Positions 23,919 to 34,891 of a DNA stretch of 37,754 nucleotides are shown here, one piece after another. Under the pieces are notes generated by a model that was not told the origin of the DNA, ran no database searches, and was given only the letters and a program-made list of their open reading frames with translations. Positions within the stretch are counted from its first letter, which is position 1; each line of letters starts with the position of its first letter. The position numbers were made by a program, and so were the translations under genes. The DNA comes from an uncultured bacterium (GTDB taxonomy: Bacteria; RBG-13-61-14; DATKZS01), in the NCBI GenBank assembly GCA_964650485.1, contig CAZYTX010000032.1:1-37754 (forward strand), in the 5' to 3' direction.

Positions 23919-24127
23919 TGACTTCCTCTCCTTCGATCAAAGTAGACGGTAATGACCCGGACGGGTTTTACGGTCACATTCACAATAACTCTAAGAACCC
24001 GTCCCTGGAACTCGGCAATCGGCGCAAGGCGATGTTCCAGTTCCTCGTCAATCGAATCAGATTCCTTCCATTCCGGGCTGAATAGTGCCCGTTCCATCCA
24101 TTCGCGTGGTATGTCTCGTTTATCCAA
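23915..24127 (-). CDS. DUF4258-domain small protein (partner of DUF2283; TA-like pair)
   Basis: The C-terminal RVLRVIVNVTVKPVRVITVYFDRR is typical of DUF4258. It overlaps the downstream DUF2283 gene by 4 nt. Confidence 0.6.
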   Translation of the reverse strand: MDKRDIPREWMERALFSPEWKESDSIDEELEHRLAPIAEFQGRVLRVIVNVTVKPVRVITVYFDRRRGSQ

Positions 24128-24296
24128 AGCATTTTTAGCGTGCCGAGTAACTGGTAATCCATTAACAGCCCTATCGCCCTTTTTATACAGAATAACCCCT
24201 TAAAGCTTTGTCAAGAGCGAGGAGACCAATTGCCAGAGAGAGTCAGGCCCCAGCTTTCCTTTGACTGCCGGAAGTGGCGGGGCTAATATCTTACTC

Positions 24297-25913
24297 ATGC
24301 AAAAGAGCACGGACTACCTGGTGATCGGGTCTGGGGTGGGGGGCCTGAGCTTCGCTCAGAAGGCGTCCCGCTTCGGCAGGGTGTGCGTTGTCACCAAGGG
24401 GGAGACCATCGAGTCCAGCACCCTCTACGCCCAGGGGGGCATAGCATCCGTGCTGGGCCACAAGGACAGCTTTGACTCGCACGTGCAGGACACCCTGGAG
24501 GCCGGCGCCGGGCTGTGCCGGCAGGACGTGGTCGAGCGGGTGGTGCGCGCGGGCCCGGAGCGCATCCGGGAGCTGATACGCACGGGTGTCGAGTTCACCC
24601 GGCGGGATGAGAACGAAGATGAGTACCACCTGGCCCGGGAGGGCGGGCACTCGCACCGGAGGATCATCCACACCGAGGACCTGACCGGGGCCGAGGTGGA
24701 GCGGGCCCTTTTCGCGGCCTGTCGCAAGAATAAAAACATCGAGTTCTGCGAGCACCACGCAGCGGTGAACCTGGTCACCACGGAGAAGCTCCCGACCAGG
24801 AAGAAGCTCCGACCCAGGTGCCTGGGCGCGTACGTGATGAACAACAAGACCCGTGAGGTGCACACCTTCCGGGCCAAGGTGGTGGTGCTGGCCACCGGAG
24901 GCGCGGGCAAGGTCTACCTTTACACCTCCAACCCGGACATAGCCACGGGCGACGGTGTGGCAATGGCTTTCCGCGCCGGCTGCCCTGTGGCAAACATGGA
25001 GTTCATACAGTTCCATCCCACCTGCCTGTTCCACCCCAAGGCCAAGTCCTTCCTCATATCCGAGGCCATGCGGGGCGAGGGCGCGGTGCTGCGCAGACTG
25101 GACGGCAAGAGGTTCATGAAGGACTATCACCCCAAAGCCGAGCTGGCGCCCAGGGACGTGGTGGCCAGGGCCATTGACCACGAGATGAAGGTCAGGGGCG
25201 ACGACTGCGTGCTCCTGGACATAACCCACAGGCCGGGGTCCATGATAAAGAGGCGCTTCCCCCACATCTACAACAGGTGCAGGGAGTTCGGCATTGACAT
25301 AACCGCGCAGCCGGCGCCCGTGGTGCCCGCGGCCCATTACCTGTGCGGTGGTGTGGTCACGGGCGTTGAGGGGGCCACTTCTCTGCCCGGGCTCTTCGCC
25401 ATCGGAGAGACGGCCTGCACCGGCCTGCACGGGGCCAACCGGCTTGCGTCCAACTCTTTGCTCGAGGCACTGGTCATGGCATACCTGGCAGCACAGCGCA
25501 CCCGCGAGCTGGTGGAAAAGCCCATGCTCAAGGTGTCCGTGCCCGAGTGGGAGATCGGTCATGCAACCGACTCGGACGAGGCGGTGGTGGTCTCCCACAA
25601 CTGGGACGAGATCAGGCTGGCCATGTGGAACTACGTAGGGATAGTGCGCACCAACAAGAGGCTCTCCAGGGCGATGTCAAGGATCAACCTCATAAGAGAC
25701 GAGATCGAGCAGTACTACTGGGACTTTATACTCACCTCCGACCTGGTCGAGCTCAGAAACCTCGCACTGGTGGCAAGGCTGATCGTGGAGTCGGCAGTAA
25801 AGCGCAAGGAGAGCCGGGGGCTGCACTACAACCTCGACTTCCCGGACCCGGACCCCGCATTCAGAAAAGACACCATCATAACCCGAGAGCACATGGACGC
25901 TGCCTTTTTATAA
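24297..25913 (+). CDS. nadB: L-aspartate oxidase
   Basis: FAD-binding N-terminus DYLVIGSGVGGL, conserved blocks (HYxMGG-equivalent AHYLCGGV), and the succinate-dehydrogenase/fumarate-reductase flavoprotein fold. First ATG is at 24297; the ORF's TTG at 24261 is less likely. Confidence 0.9.
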   Translation: MQKSTDYLVIGSGVGGLSFAQKASRFGRVCVVTKGETIESSTLYAQGGIASVLGHKDSFDSHVQDTLEAGAGLCRQDVVERVVRAGPERIRELIRTGVEFTRRDENEDEYHLAREGGHSHRRIIHTEDLTGAEVERALFAACRKNKNIEFCEHHAAVNLVTTEKLPTRKKLRPRCLGAYVMNNKTREVHTFRAKVVVLATGGAGKVYLYTSNPDIATGDGVAMAFRAGCPVANMEFIQFHPTCLFHPKAKSFLISEAMRGEGAVLRRLDGKRFMKDYHPKAELAPRDVVARAIDHEMKVRGDDCVLLDITHRPGSMIKRRFPHIYNRCREFGIDITAQPAPVVPAAHYLCGGVVTGVEGATSLPGLFAIGETACTGLHGANRLASNSLLEALVMAYLAAQRTRELVEKPMLKVSVPEWEIGHATDSDEAVVVSHNWDEIRLAMWNYVGIVRTNKRLSRAMSRINLIRDEIEQYYWDFILTSDLVELRNLALVARLIVESAVKRKESRGLHYNLDFPDPDPAFRKDTIITREHMDAAFL

Positions 25914-25999
25914 AATCAGCTTTTATTTCACGCAGAGAAGCAAAGATTACCATGGCGGCTGGAAAAAGCCCAAGCAGGCTTGTGCACTCCTGAATGTAT

Positions 26000-29233
<3,234 letters not shown>

Positions 29234-29262
29234 TATAAACTTCGCTCTATTCTGTTCTGCTG

Positions 29263-29306
29263 GTGGCCCACACGGATTCTGATCCGTGTGGGTAGCCGAA
29301 GGCTAC
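29263..29306. repeat. REP-like palindromic repeat, copy 1 (GGTGGCCCACACGGATTCTGATCCGTGTGGGT...GCTAC)
   Basis: A perfect hairpin CCCACACGGAT-TCTG-ATCCGTGTGGG with conserved flanks. A near-identical copy lies at 34780-34825. Confidence 0.7.
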
Positions 29307-29358
29307 AGGTGCCATGAACCAGGTGCATTGAAATTGTACCTGCAGTCCCTTCGGGCCT

Positions 29359-29388
29359 GCGCACACGGTTCCTTGGAACCGTGTGCGC
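29359..29388. repeat. Related palindrome GCGCACACGGTTCC-TT-GGAACCGTGTGCGC
   Basis: It shares the CACACGG...CCGTGTG core with the other copies and sits in the carB upstream region. Confidence 0.55.
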
Positions 29389-29415
29389 CACCCATTAAAA
29401 TTCCAGGCGCTTGAC

Positions 29416-29706
29416 TCAGACCACCGCGTACTCTATGGCGCTGGGGTTTTCAATCTTCTTGGAGGCATCGAGGATTTCCATGCCCACTATGTTGCCGTCC
29501 TCGTCGTAAAAAGCGGCATAATAAGCCCTGTTCGCAGCGGCGTCCGGGTCTTCCGACTTCAATTGTTTTGCGGTCTTAACGGCCTGCAAGGCCCTTTCCC
29601 AGTAGTCCCGCGCCTGGGAGCCGTAAAGGACCACGCCTTCTAGACGATCTCCGAACTCCTCCTCAAGCCGTGCCTTGATCTTTTGAAGAACCTGATCCCT
29701 GGTCAT
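29416..29706 (-). pseudogene. Chimeric ORF stitched from fragments of an MNT nucleotidyltransferase, a HEPN domain and a DUF2283 domain
   Basis: Residues 1-35 end in LYGSQARDY (NTase GSxxxD motif, truncated). The next stretch, WERALQAVKTAKQLK...ANRAYYAAFY, is a HEPN N-terminal helix signature. The C-terminus DEDGNIVGMEILDASKK is a DUF2283 C-terminal signature. Confidence 0.45.
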
Positions 29707-29852
29707 AAGACCTTCCCCGAAAGTAATTTAACACGAATGGATTAATATAGCAGTATTTGCCAACCGCCCCCATTTGTCAAAGCGCGTTCGGTTCTTAAAA
29801 AAGCCCCCGCCCGCGGGTCCCGGGGCAGGGGCTTTATGCTTTGCCAAAAGGT

Positions 29853-31052
29853 TCAGTTGTTGGACACGTCCTCCAGCACCTGCGAGCGGGAGGGATGTCT
29901 GAGCTTTCTCAGGCTCTTCTCCACGATCTGCCTCACCCTCTCCCTGGAGATGTTAAAGGAGTTGCCGATCTCCTCCAGGGTGTACTCGTTCTCCATGCCG
30001 ATCCCGAAGCGCATCCTGAGTATCATCTCCTCCTTGGGAGAGAGGGTGCGGAGCGCGTCCTCGATCTCCTCGAACATGAGCGTGCGCAAGGTGGCGTCGT
30101 CAGTGCGGTCAATCCTGTTGTCCTCGAGCACGTCCGCGAGCACGATGTCTTCCATGTCCGAGAGCTGGGTCTCCAGGCTCACCGGTTCACGGGACATCTG
30201 GATCAGGTTGAGGATATCCTTCTCCTCCATGCCCATGCTGTGGGCCAAGTCCTCCACCGCAGGCTCCTTCTCCATCTCCATGGCCAGACGCCTGCTCTCC
30301 TTGTCCAGCCTGCGGATGCGGTCGGAGAGGTAGACCGGCACCTTGATGAGCTTGCTCTTCTCGGCGATGGCCCTGATGATGGACTGGTGGATCCACCAGG
30401 TGGCGTAGCTGGAGAACTTGAACCCCTTTCGATAGTCGAACTTCTCCACCGCCCGGATAAGCCCCAGGTTCCCTTCCTGGATCAGGTCCGCGGTGGGCAG
30501 GATGCGGTTGCGGTAGCGGTTGGCAATCTTCACCACCAGCCTCAAGTTGGCCTCCACGAACTCGTTGCGCCTGTGCACCAGCCTGCGGTGGGCCTTTTTG
30601 AGGTCGCTTGCCGCCTTTGGTATCTCCTTGGAGGGAATCCCGGTCTGCCGGGCGATCTTCCTCCTGTCCCTGGGCTTCCTGCGCAGGTTCTTCCGGGCCT
30701 TGTCCAGGGCGGACACGGCTTCCCGGATCTTCACTTCGTTGAGCTCATGGGGCTCCTCCACGAAGTTCAGGCGCGCAAGAATGCTTGTCACATCCGTCTT
30801 TGCTGCGAACACCTCCTGGGCCTTTTTAAGCTCGTCCTCGGGAGTGAAAAGGTCCACCGCGTCCATCTCCTGAAGATACACCGAGAGCATGTCCCTGGGA
30901 GCGGAATCGGGTCGCGTGTCCTCGGCCTGCTCACGGGATTCAAGGTCATCTTCCGAAGGATTCTGCTTAGTGCTCAAGGTCTCCTCCTCGATCCCCTCAT
31001 TATACTCATCATCCCTTCCGGCCTTGTTATTTATGGCTGCGCTCCTGCGCAT
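29853..31052 (-). CDS. rpoD: RNA polymerase sigma-70 factor, primary-like (regions 1.2-4 conserved; compact 399-aa form)
   Basis: Region 2 [41 protein letters not shown], region 4 [33 protein letters not shown], and the C-terminal RHPSRSQVL resemble RpoD/SigA. It lacks a long region 1.1 or NCR, so a group-2 sigma is not excluded. Confidence 0.8.
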   Translation of the reverse strand: MRRSAAINNKAGRDDEYNEGIEEETLSTKQNPSEDDLESREQAEDTRPDSAPRDMLSVYLQEMDAVDLFTPEDELKKAQEVFAAKTDVTSILARLNFVEEPHELNEVKIREAVSALDKARKNLRRKPRDRRKIARQTGIPSKEIPKAASDLKKAHRRLVHRRNEFVEANLRLVVKIANRYRNRILPTADLIQEGNLGLIRAVEKFDYRKGFKFSSYATWWIHQSIIRAIAEKSKLIKVPVYLSDRIRRLDKESRRLAMEMEKEPAVEDLAHSMGMEEKDILNLIQMSREPVSLETQLSDMEDIVLADVLEDNRIDRTDDATLRTLMFEEIEDALRTLSPKEEMILRMRFGIGMENEYTLEEIGNSFNISRERVRQIVEKSLRKLRHPSRSQVLEDVSNN

Positions 31053-31460
31053 TTACGATTTCCCCCCTAACGCCTTATTGTTAGATGCGTTCATTATGGC
31101 ACAGGATTAATTCCTTATCAAAATCCATGCCCTTTAGAACCTGTAATTGGAAAAATTCCACGTTCAAATGTTCCTGCTTTTACAAAGAAATTCTCCTCGC
31201 GCAAGCCGCTGATTTTATTGACAATTATTATAAGCCACCTCCTCTTTGCAACTGCACTCAAGACTTTATCTCTTATCTTGCTCTGTCAGTAGCAGGCAAT
31301 CTCACTAAATACTGCAAAGTTGAGCGGCTTGCTTTGCAATAATTGCCGCTCCATTTAAAATATGTGTATTCAAAATGATACAGTCAACAGCGGTCTGTGA
31401 TACAACCAGGAAATATAATGATATAATGCACCTTGTTTTGCGCGGTAATGGAGGTGTAGA
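31053..31460. promoter_or_regulatory. AT-rich divergent intergenic region (sigma gene on -, hydrolase on +) with several TTGACA/TATAAT-like hexamers
   Basis: GC drops sharply here. TTGACA lies at ~31218, and TATAAT repeats (aatataatgatataatg) at ~31404-31420 sit upstream of the hydrolase RBS GGAGGT. Confidence 0.4.
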
Positions 31461-32237
31461 ATGGAAAAAGGCAAGATCTCGGGCATAAGCTGGATTGCGG
31501 GCTCATGGCCTCCGGGTCCCGGCAGGTCCACCCTGCTGTTCATCCACGGGGCCGGGGGGTCGAGCAGACTGTGGGAAAGCCAGGTGCAGGTGCTCGGCCA
31601 CGAGTCTAACACCGTGGCCCTCGACCTGCCGGGCCACGGGACCAGTGACCCTCCCGGCCGGCGATCTGTGGACGACTACGCCCGTGCGGTGGTGGATTTC
31701 ATTGATGCCGCCGGCCTGGAAAGGGTCATCCCGGTGGGGCTCTCAATGGGAGGGGCCATCACCCAGACGCTCCTTCTCGACTACAAGGACAGGTTCAGGG
31801 CCGGGGTCCTGGTCAGCACAGGGGCAAGGCTCAAGGTAATGCCCCAGATATTCAAGGCCATCCGGGATGACTTCGAGGGGTTCATCGGGCTCACGGAAAG
31901 GTTCTCCATCTCGCCAAAGACCGACCCCGAGCTTGTGCGGCCAGTGATCGAGGACACCAGGTTGTGCGAGCCCGAGACTGTGAGCGACGACTTCAAGGCC
32001 TGCGACAGGTTCGACGTGATGGACAGGCTCAAGGAGGTCAATATGCCGGTGCTTGTGATCTCCGCGGAGGACGACAGACTCACCCCGCCAAAGTACGGCA
32101 AGTACCTTTCCGACAACATCGAGGGTGCAGACAGGGTCCACATAAAGGACTCGGGTCACTTGACGCCCGCGGAAAAGCCGGAGGAAGTCAACCTGGCCAT
32201 CCTGGAGTTCCTGGAGGGTTTAAGCCATGAATTATGA
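31461..32237 (+). CDS. Alpha/beta-fold hydrolase
   Basis: An HGAGGS oxyanion region, a GLSMGG nucleophile elbow, and C-terminal D and H residues (DSGH) are present. Confidence 0.85.
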   Translation: MEKGKISGISWIAGSWPPGPGRSTLLFIHGAGGSSRLWESQVQVLGHESNTVALDLPGHGTSDPPGRRSVDDYARAVVDFIDAAGLERVIPVGLSMGGAITQTLLLDYKDRFRAGVLVSTGARLKVMPQIFKAIRDDFEGFIGLTERFSISPKTDPELVRPVIEDTRLCEPETVSDDFKACDRFDVMDRLKEVNMPVLVISAEDDRLTPPKYGKYLSDNIEGADRVHIKDSGHLTPAEKPEEVNLAILEFLEGLSHEL

Positions 32238-32547
32238 CCTGACAGCGAAAGTGAGACGCCCCGTTTTACTGCCCCACCTGTGCCGTGGTTATCGGTCTGC
32301 TCGAGGGATGGGACATTCTCTACTCGGTGGTTCCCACGGACGAGGTCCCCGGCGACGGGGAAATAGACATGCACGTGGAAAGCGATGACTCCACGGCTCC
32401 CCGGAGGACTACGCCACCGCGCCAGTGTGCAAGCCCACGCCCGGCACAGCGATTTTCATGAAAAAGAACAACGACATGATCGGCCGCGTCGCCGGCGTCA
32501 ATGGAGTTCATAGAATAAAGAAAATGACGGGGCTATAAAAGCTTGGC

Positions 32548-33060
32548 CTATGACAGAAGAGACTTTATGGAGACCGTGGGGGCCGGGCTTGCCGGTGCCG
32601 CGCTGGTGCTGCCGGCCAGGGGCGGCCGCACGGCTTTGATATCAGTGAAGGGGGTGGGGCCTTCATCTTCGCCAATCAGTTCGTACGGCAGAACCTGGAC
32701 CATAACGTCCCTGGCCTTCTCCGCGCTCACCTTGGACAACACCTCCACCGTCTCGCAGTAATCCGGATCATCTGTCGGACATGGGTCCATCCAGTCAGGA
32801 CAGTCGCAGTCGGCATTTTCCGGCACTATCTCCTCGTACTCGTTATCACCCGACTCCTTCCACGGTATCGGGTTACCCTCCCTGTCCTGGTATGAAATAT
32901 TGCCCGTAAAGAACACGGCCCTGGTAGTGAATGGGGTCAGAGCTAAACAATAAACATTATCCATTTTATAGCTTCCGTATTTCCAGACGGAGTGCGCATC
33001 CCACGGCTCTGTATCCGGCCCGAGCATATCATACCTGTATACCAAGTCAAGGGGAAACGC
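32548..33060 (-). CDS. Hypothetical Cys/Asp-rich protein (MLGPDTEPWDAHSVWKYGSYKMDNVYC...CDCPDWMDPCPTDDPDYC...), uncertain
   Basis: It is a long open frame in a ~52% GC patch. A 72-aa ORF with a twin-arginine signal runs antisense to it on the + strand (32543..32761), and I cannot tell which is real. The track ORF extends to 33294, but the N-terminal part looks non-protein-like. Confidence 0.3.
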   Translation of the reverse strand, partial: AFPLDLVYRYDMLGPDTEPWDAHSVWKYGSYKMDNVYCLALTPFTTRAVFFTGNISYQDREGNPIPWKESGDNEYEEIVPENADCDCPDWMDPCPTDDPDYCETVEVLSKVSAEKARDVMVQVLPYELIGEDEGPTPFTDIKAVRPPLAGSTSAAPASPAPTVSIKSLLS

Positions 33061-33175
33061 CAAGGCGCGGAGGGAAGACGCCAAGACCGCCAAGGGAACA
33101 AGAGTTATCCGTTTTCCGTTATCAGTTGTCAGGGAACAGGGAACTGAACACTGATAAGTCCCGAGGCCCTGGTAA

Positions 33176-33199
33176 CCCACGTAGCTTTTGCTACGTGGG
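33176..33199. repeat. Palindrome CCCACGTAGC-TTTT-GCTACGTGGG (terminator/REP-like)
   Basis: A perfect 10-bp stem with a TTTT loop, related in form (CCCAC...GTGGG) to the REP-like family. Confidence 0.5.
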
Positions 33200-33720
33200 C
33201 GAGCGCAGCGAGCATGTAGTGTGTGTACACTGATATGATTTATGCGGCCCTTCTTGATCCTCCGTGCTTTAACCTGCTCCCTTTGGTCGCACACATAGAC
33301 GAGCTATGTGTGTTGCCTTCCGGCGCTCCCTTCTGAGGCGGGAGCGAGCTTCTGCCGGCGATTATCGAGGCCGGCCTGCCTGTCCTGCGGACGCAGGCAG
33401 GAAGGCCTCTCCCACCTGTCAACCTCATCTGGACGGAATTTTTGGATAATGGTGGCACGATCCGGGCTTTTTCCGGCCTCCGCCAAAATGCGACCTCATA
33501 TATTTCAAGCACTTGCCGTCCGGCCGGTGTCACGACTCCGGGAAATTTGAAGATTTCGTCAAGCGGGCGTGGACAAAAATGCAACACTTTTACAATATTA
33601 TAGAGGGGGAAGAATTTTGGCAGGGGGTCCCTGCTTACAAACCGCCCCGCCATTGTGCACAAAGAAGCGCCGTGCAGGTAGCCGGGGCGATATGGTTCCA
33701 AGTACTACTTGGCGGTCCGT

Positions 33721-34362
33721 TCACCTGGATCCAAGCGGATTAAAGTACTGTACGCCGCCCTTGAAGCTCTTTATCTCTTTTAACAGCTCCTCGAAGTCCT
33801 CCCGGTTCTTGATGAAGTCAACGTTGTCCGTGTTTATCACCAGGAGCGACGTCAGGTTGAAGTGGAAGAAATAGTCGTCGTACGCCTCCGAGAGCCTGCC
33901 GAGGTAATCGAGGTCGATCTCCTTCTCGTAGTCCTTGCCCCTCTTTTTTATCCTGGCAAGCAAGGTCCTCGGGCTCGCCTGCAGAAAGATCACCAGGTCG
34001 GGCCGGACGATGCGGTGGTCGAGCAGCGCGTAAATCTGCTCGTATAGCGCCAGCTCGTCGTCGGACAGGTTTATCTGCGCGAAGATCCTGTCCTTGTCGA
34101 ACAGGTAATCGGATATGGTGTAGTCCTGAAAGAGCTCCTGCTGGCCCAGCATGGCCTGGCGCCTGTAACGGCTGAGCAAAAAGAATATCTGCGCCTGGAA
34201 CGCGTACTCCTCCCTGGATTCATAAAACCGCTTCAGGAAGGGGTTCTCCTCCACGTCCTCCAAAAGCAGCCTGGCACTGAGCTCCTCGGCAAGAAGGCTG
34301 GCCAGGCTGGACTTGCCTACTCCTATCGGCCCCTCGATGGTTATGTAGCGCGGCTTCATCAC
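33721..34362 (-). CDS. Deoxynucleoside kinase (dAK/dGK/dCK family)
   Basis: P-loop IEGPIGVGKSS, an ERF/DRY-like segment, and conserved lid residues. Length 213 aa. Confidence 0.85.
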   Translation of the reverse strand: MMKPRYITIEGPIGVGKSSLASLLAEELSARLLLEDVEENPFLKRFYESREEYAFQAQIFFLLSRYRRQAMLGQQELFQDYTISDYLFDKDRIFAQINLSDDELALYEQIYALLDHRIVRPDLVIFLQASPRTLLARIKKRGKDYEKEIDLDYLGRLSEAYDDYFFHFNLTSLLVINTDNVDFIKNREDFEELLKEIKSFKGGVQYFNPLGSR

Positions 34363-34410
34363 AAAAAACGATGGAAGAAGGATAACACGACCCGGCGCCC
34401 GGGATCAACG

Positions 34411-34629
34411 TCAGTGACCGCAGCCCGAGCAGGAACCGCTCGTGCAGCTCGAGCAGCCCGGGCCCCCGCTCGCAGGCACGTAGGAATCGCCCGACCTGTG
34501 CGCGCACGTGCTCATCAGCCTCCTCACCGGGCTGCTCCGGCAGTAGGGACAGCAGACATCTTCCCCGCCGGACACCAGCTCCTCGAAGTCCGACTCGCAT
34601 TTATCACAGTGGTACTCGTAAATGGGCAT
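34411..34629 (-). CDS. FmdB-family zinc-ribbon protein
   Basis: MPIYEYHCDKCESDFEEL...CPYC is the FmdB family signature (MPIYEYxCxxCG..FE), followed by a Cys/Ser/Gly-rich tail. Confidence 0.8.
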   Translation of the reverse strand: MPIYEYHCDKCESDFEELVSGGEDVCCPYCRSSPVRRLMSTCAHRSGDSYVPASGGPGCSSCTSGSCSGCGH

Positions 34630-34779
34630 GTCTGTCTCACCCCTTTACTGCAAAGCCGCTATCTATTTAAGCACAGGCCCCGGATTAGTCAAACCGATGC
34701 CTTGAAGAGGGAGCGGGGATCGGCCAGCGAGGATCGAGGTTTGCAAAAAGTCCTCTTCCACCTCGCTTCCCGCTCACCG

Positions 34780-34825
34780 GGTGGCCCACACGGATTCTTA
34801 TCCGTGTGGGTGACGAAGTCGCTAC
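34780..34825. repeat. REP-like palindromic repeat, copy 2 (GGTGGCCCACACGGATTCTTATCCGTGTGGGT...GCTAC)
   Basis: It differs from the copy at 29263 by one loop base plus minor flank changes. Confidence 0.7.
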
Positions 34826-34891
34826 GGCCCACAGCACTCCAAGATGGACTTTAAGATCAGTGATGATAAAATATTTTGTTGAGAGGGAAAA

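Noticed and set aside
32255-32440. + strand frame ...FYCPTCAVVIGLLEGWDILYSVVPTDEVPGDGEIDMHVESDD... suggestive of a CxxC metal-binding or zinc-ribbon protein
   Set aside because: There is no ATG or convincing start after the upstream in-frame stop, it is very short, and it sits in a compositionally odd patch. It is probably a gene fragment.
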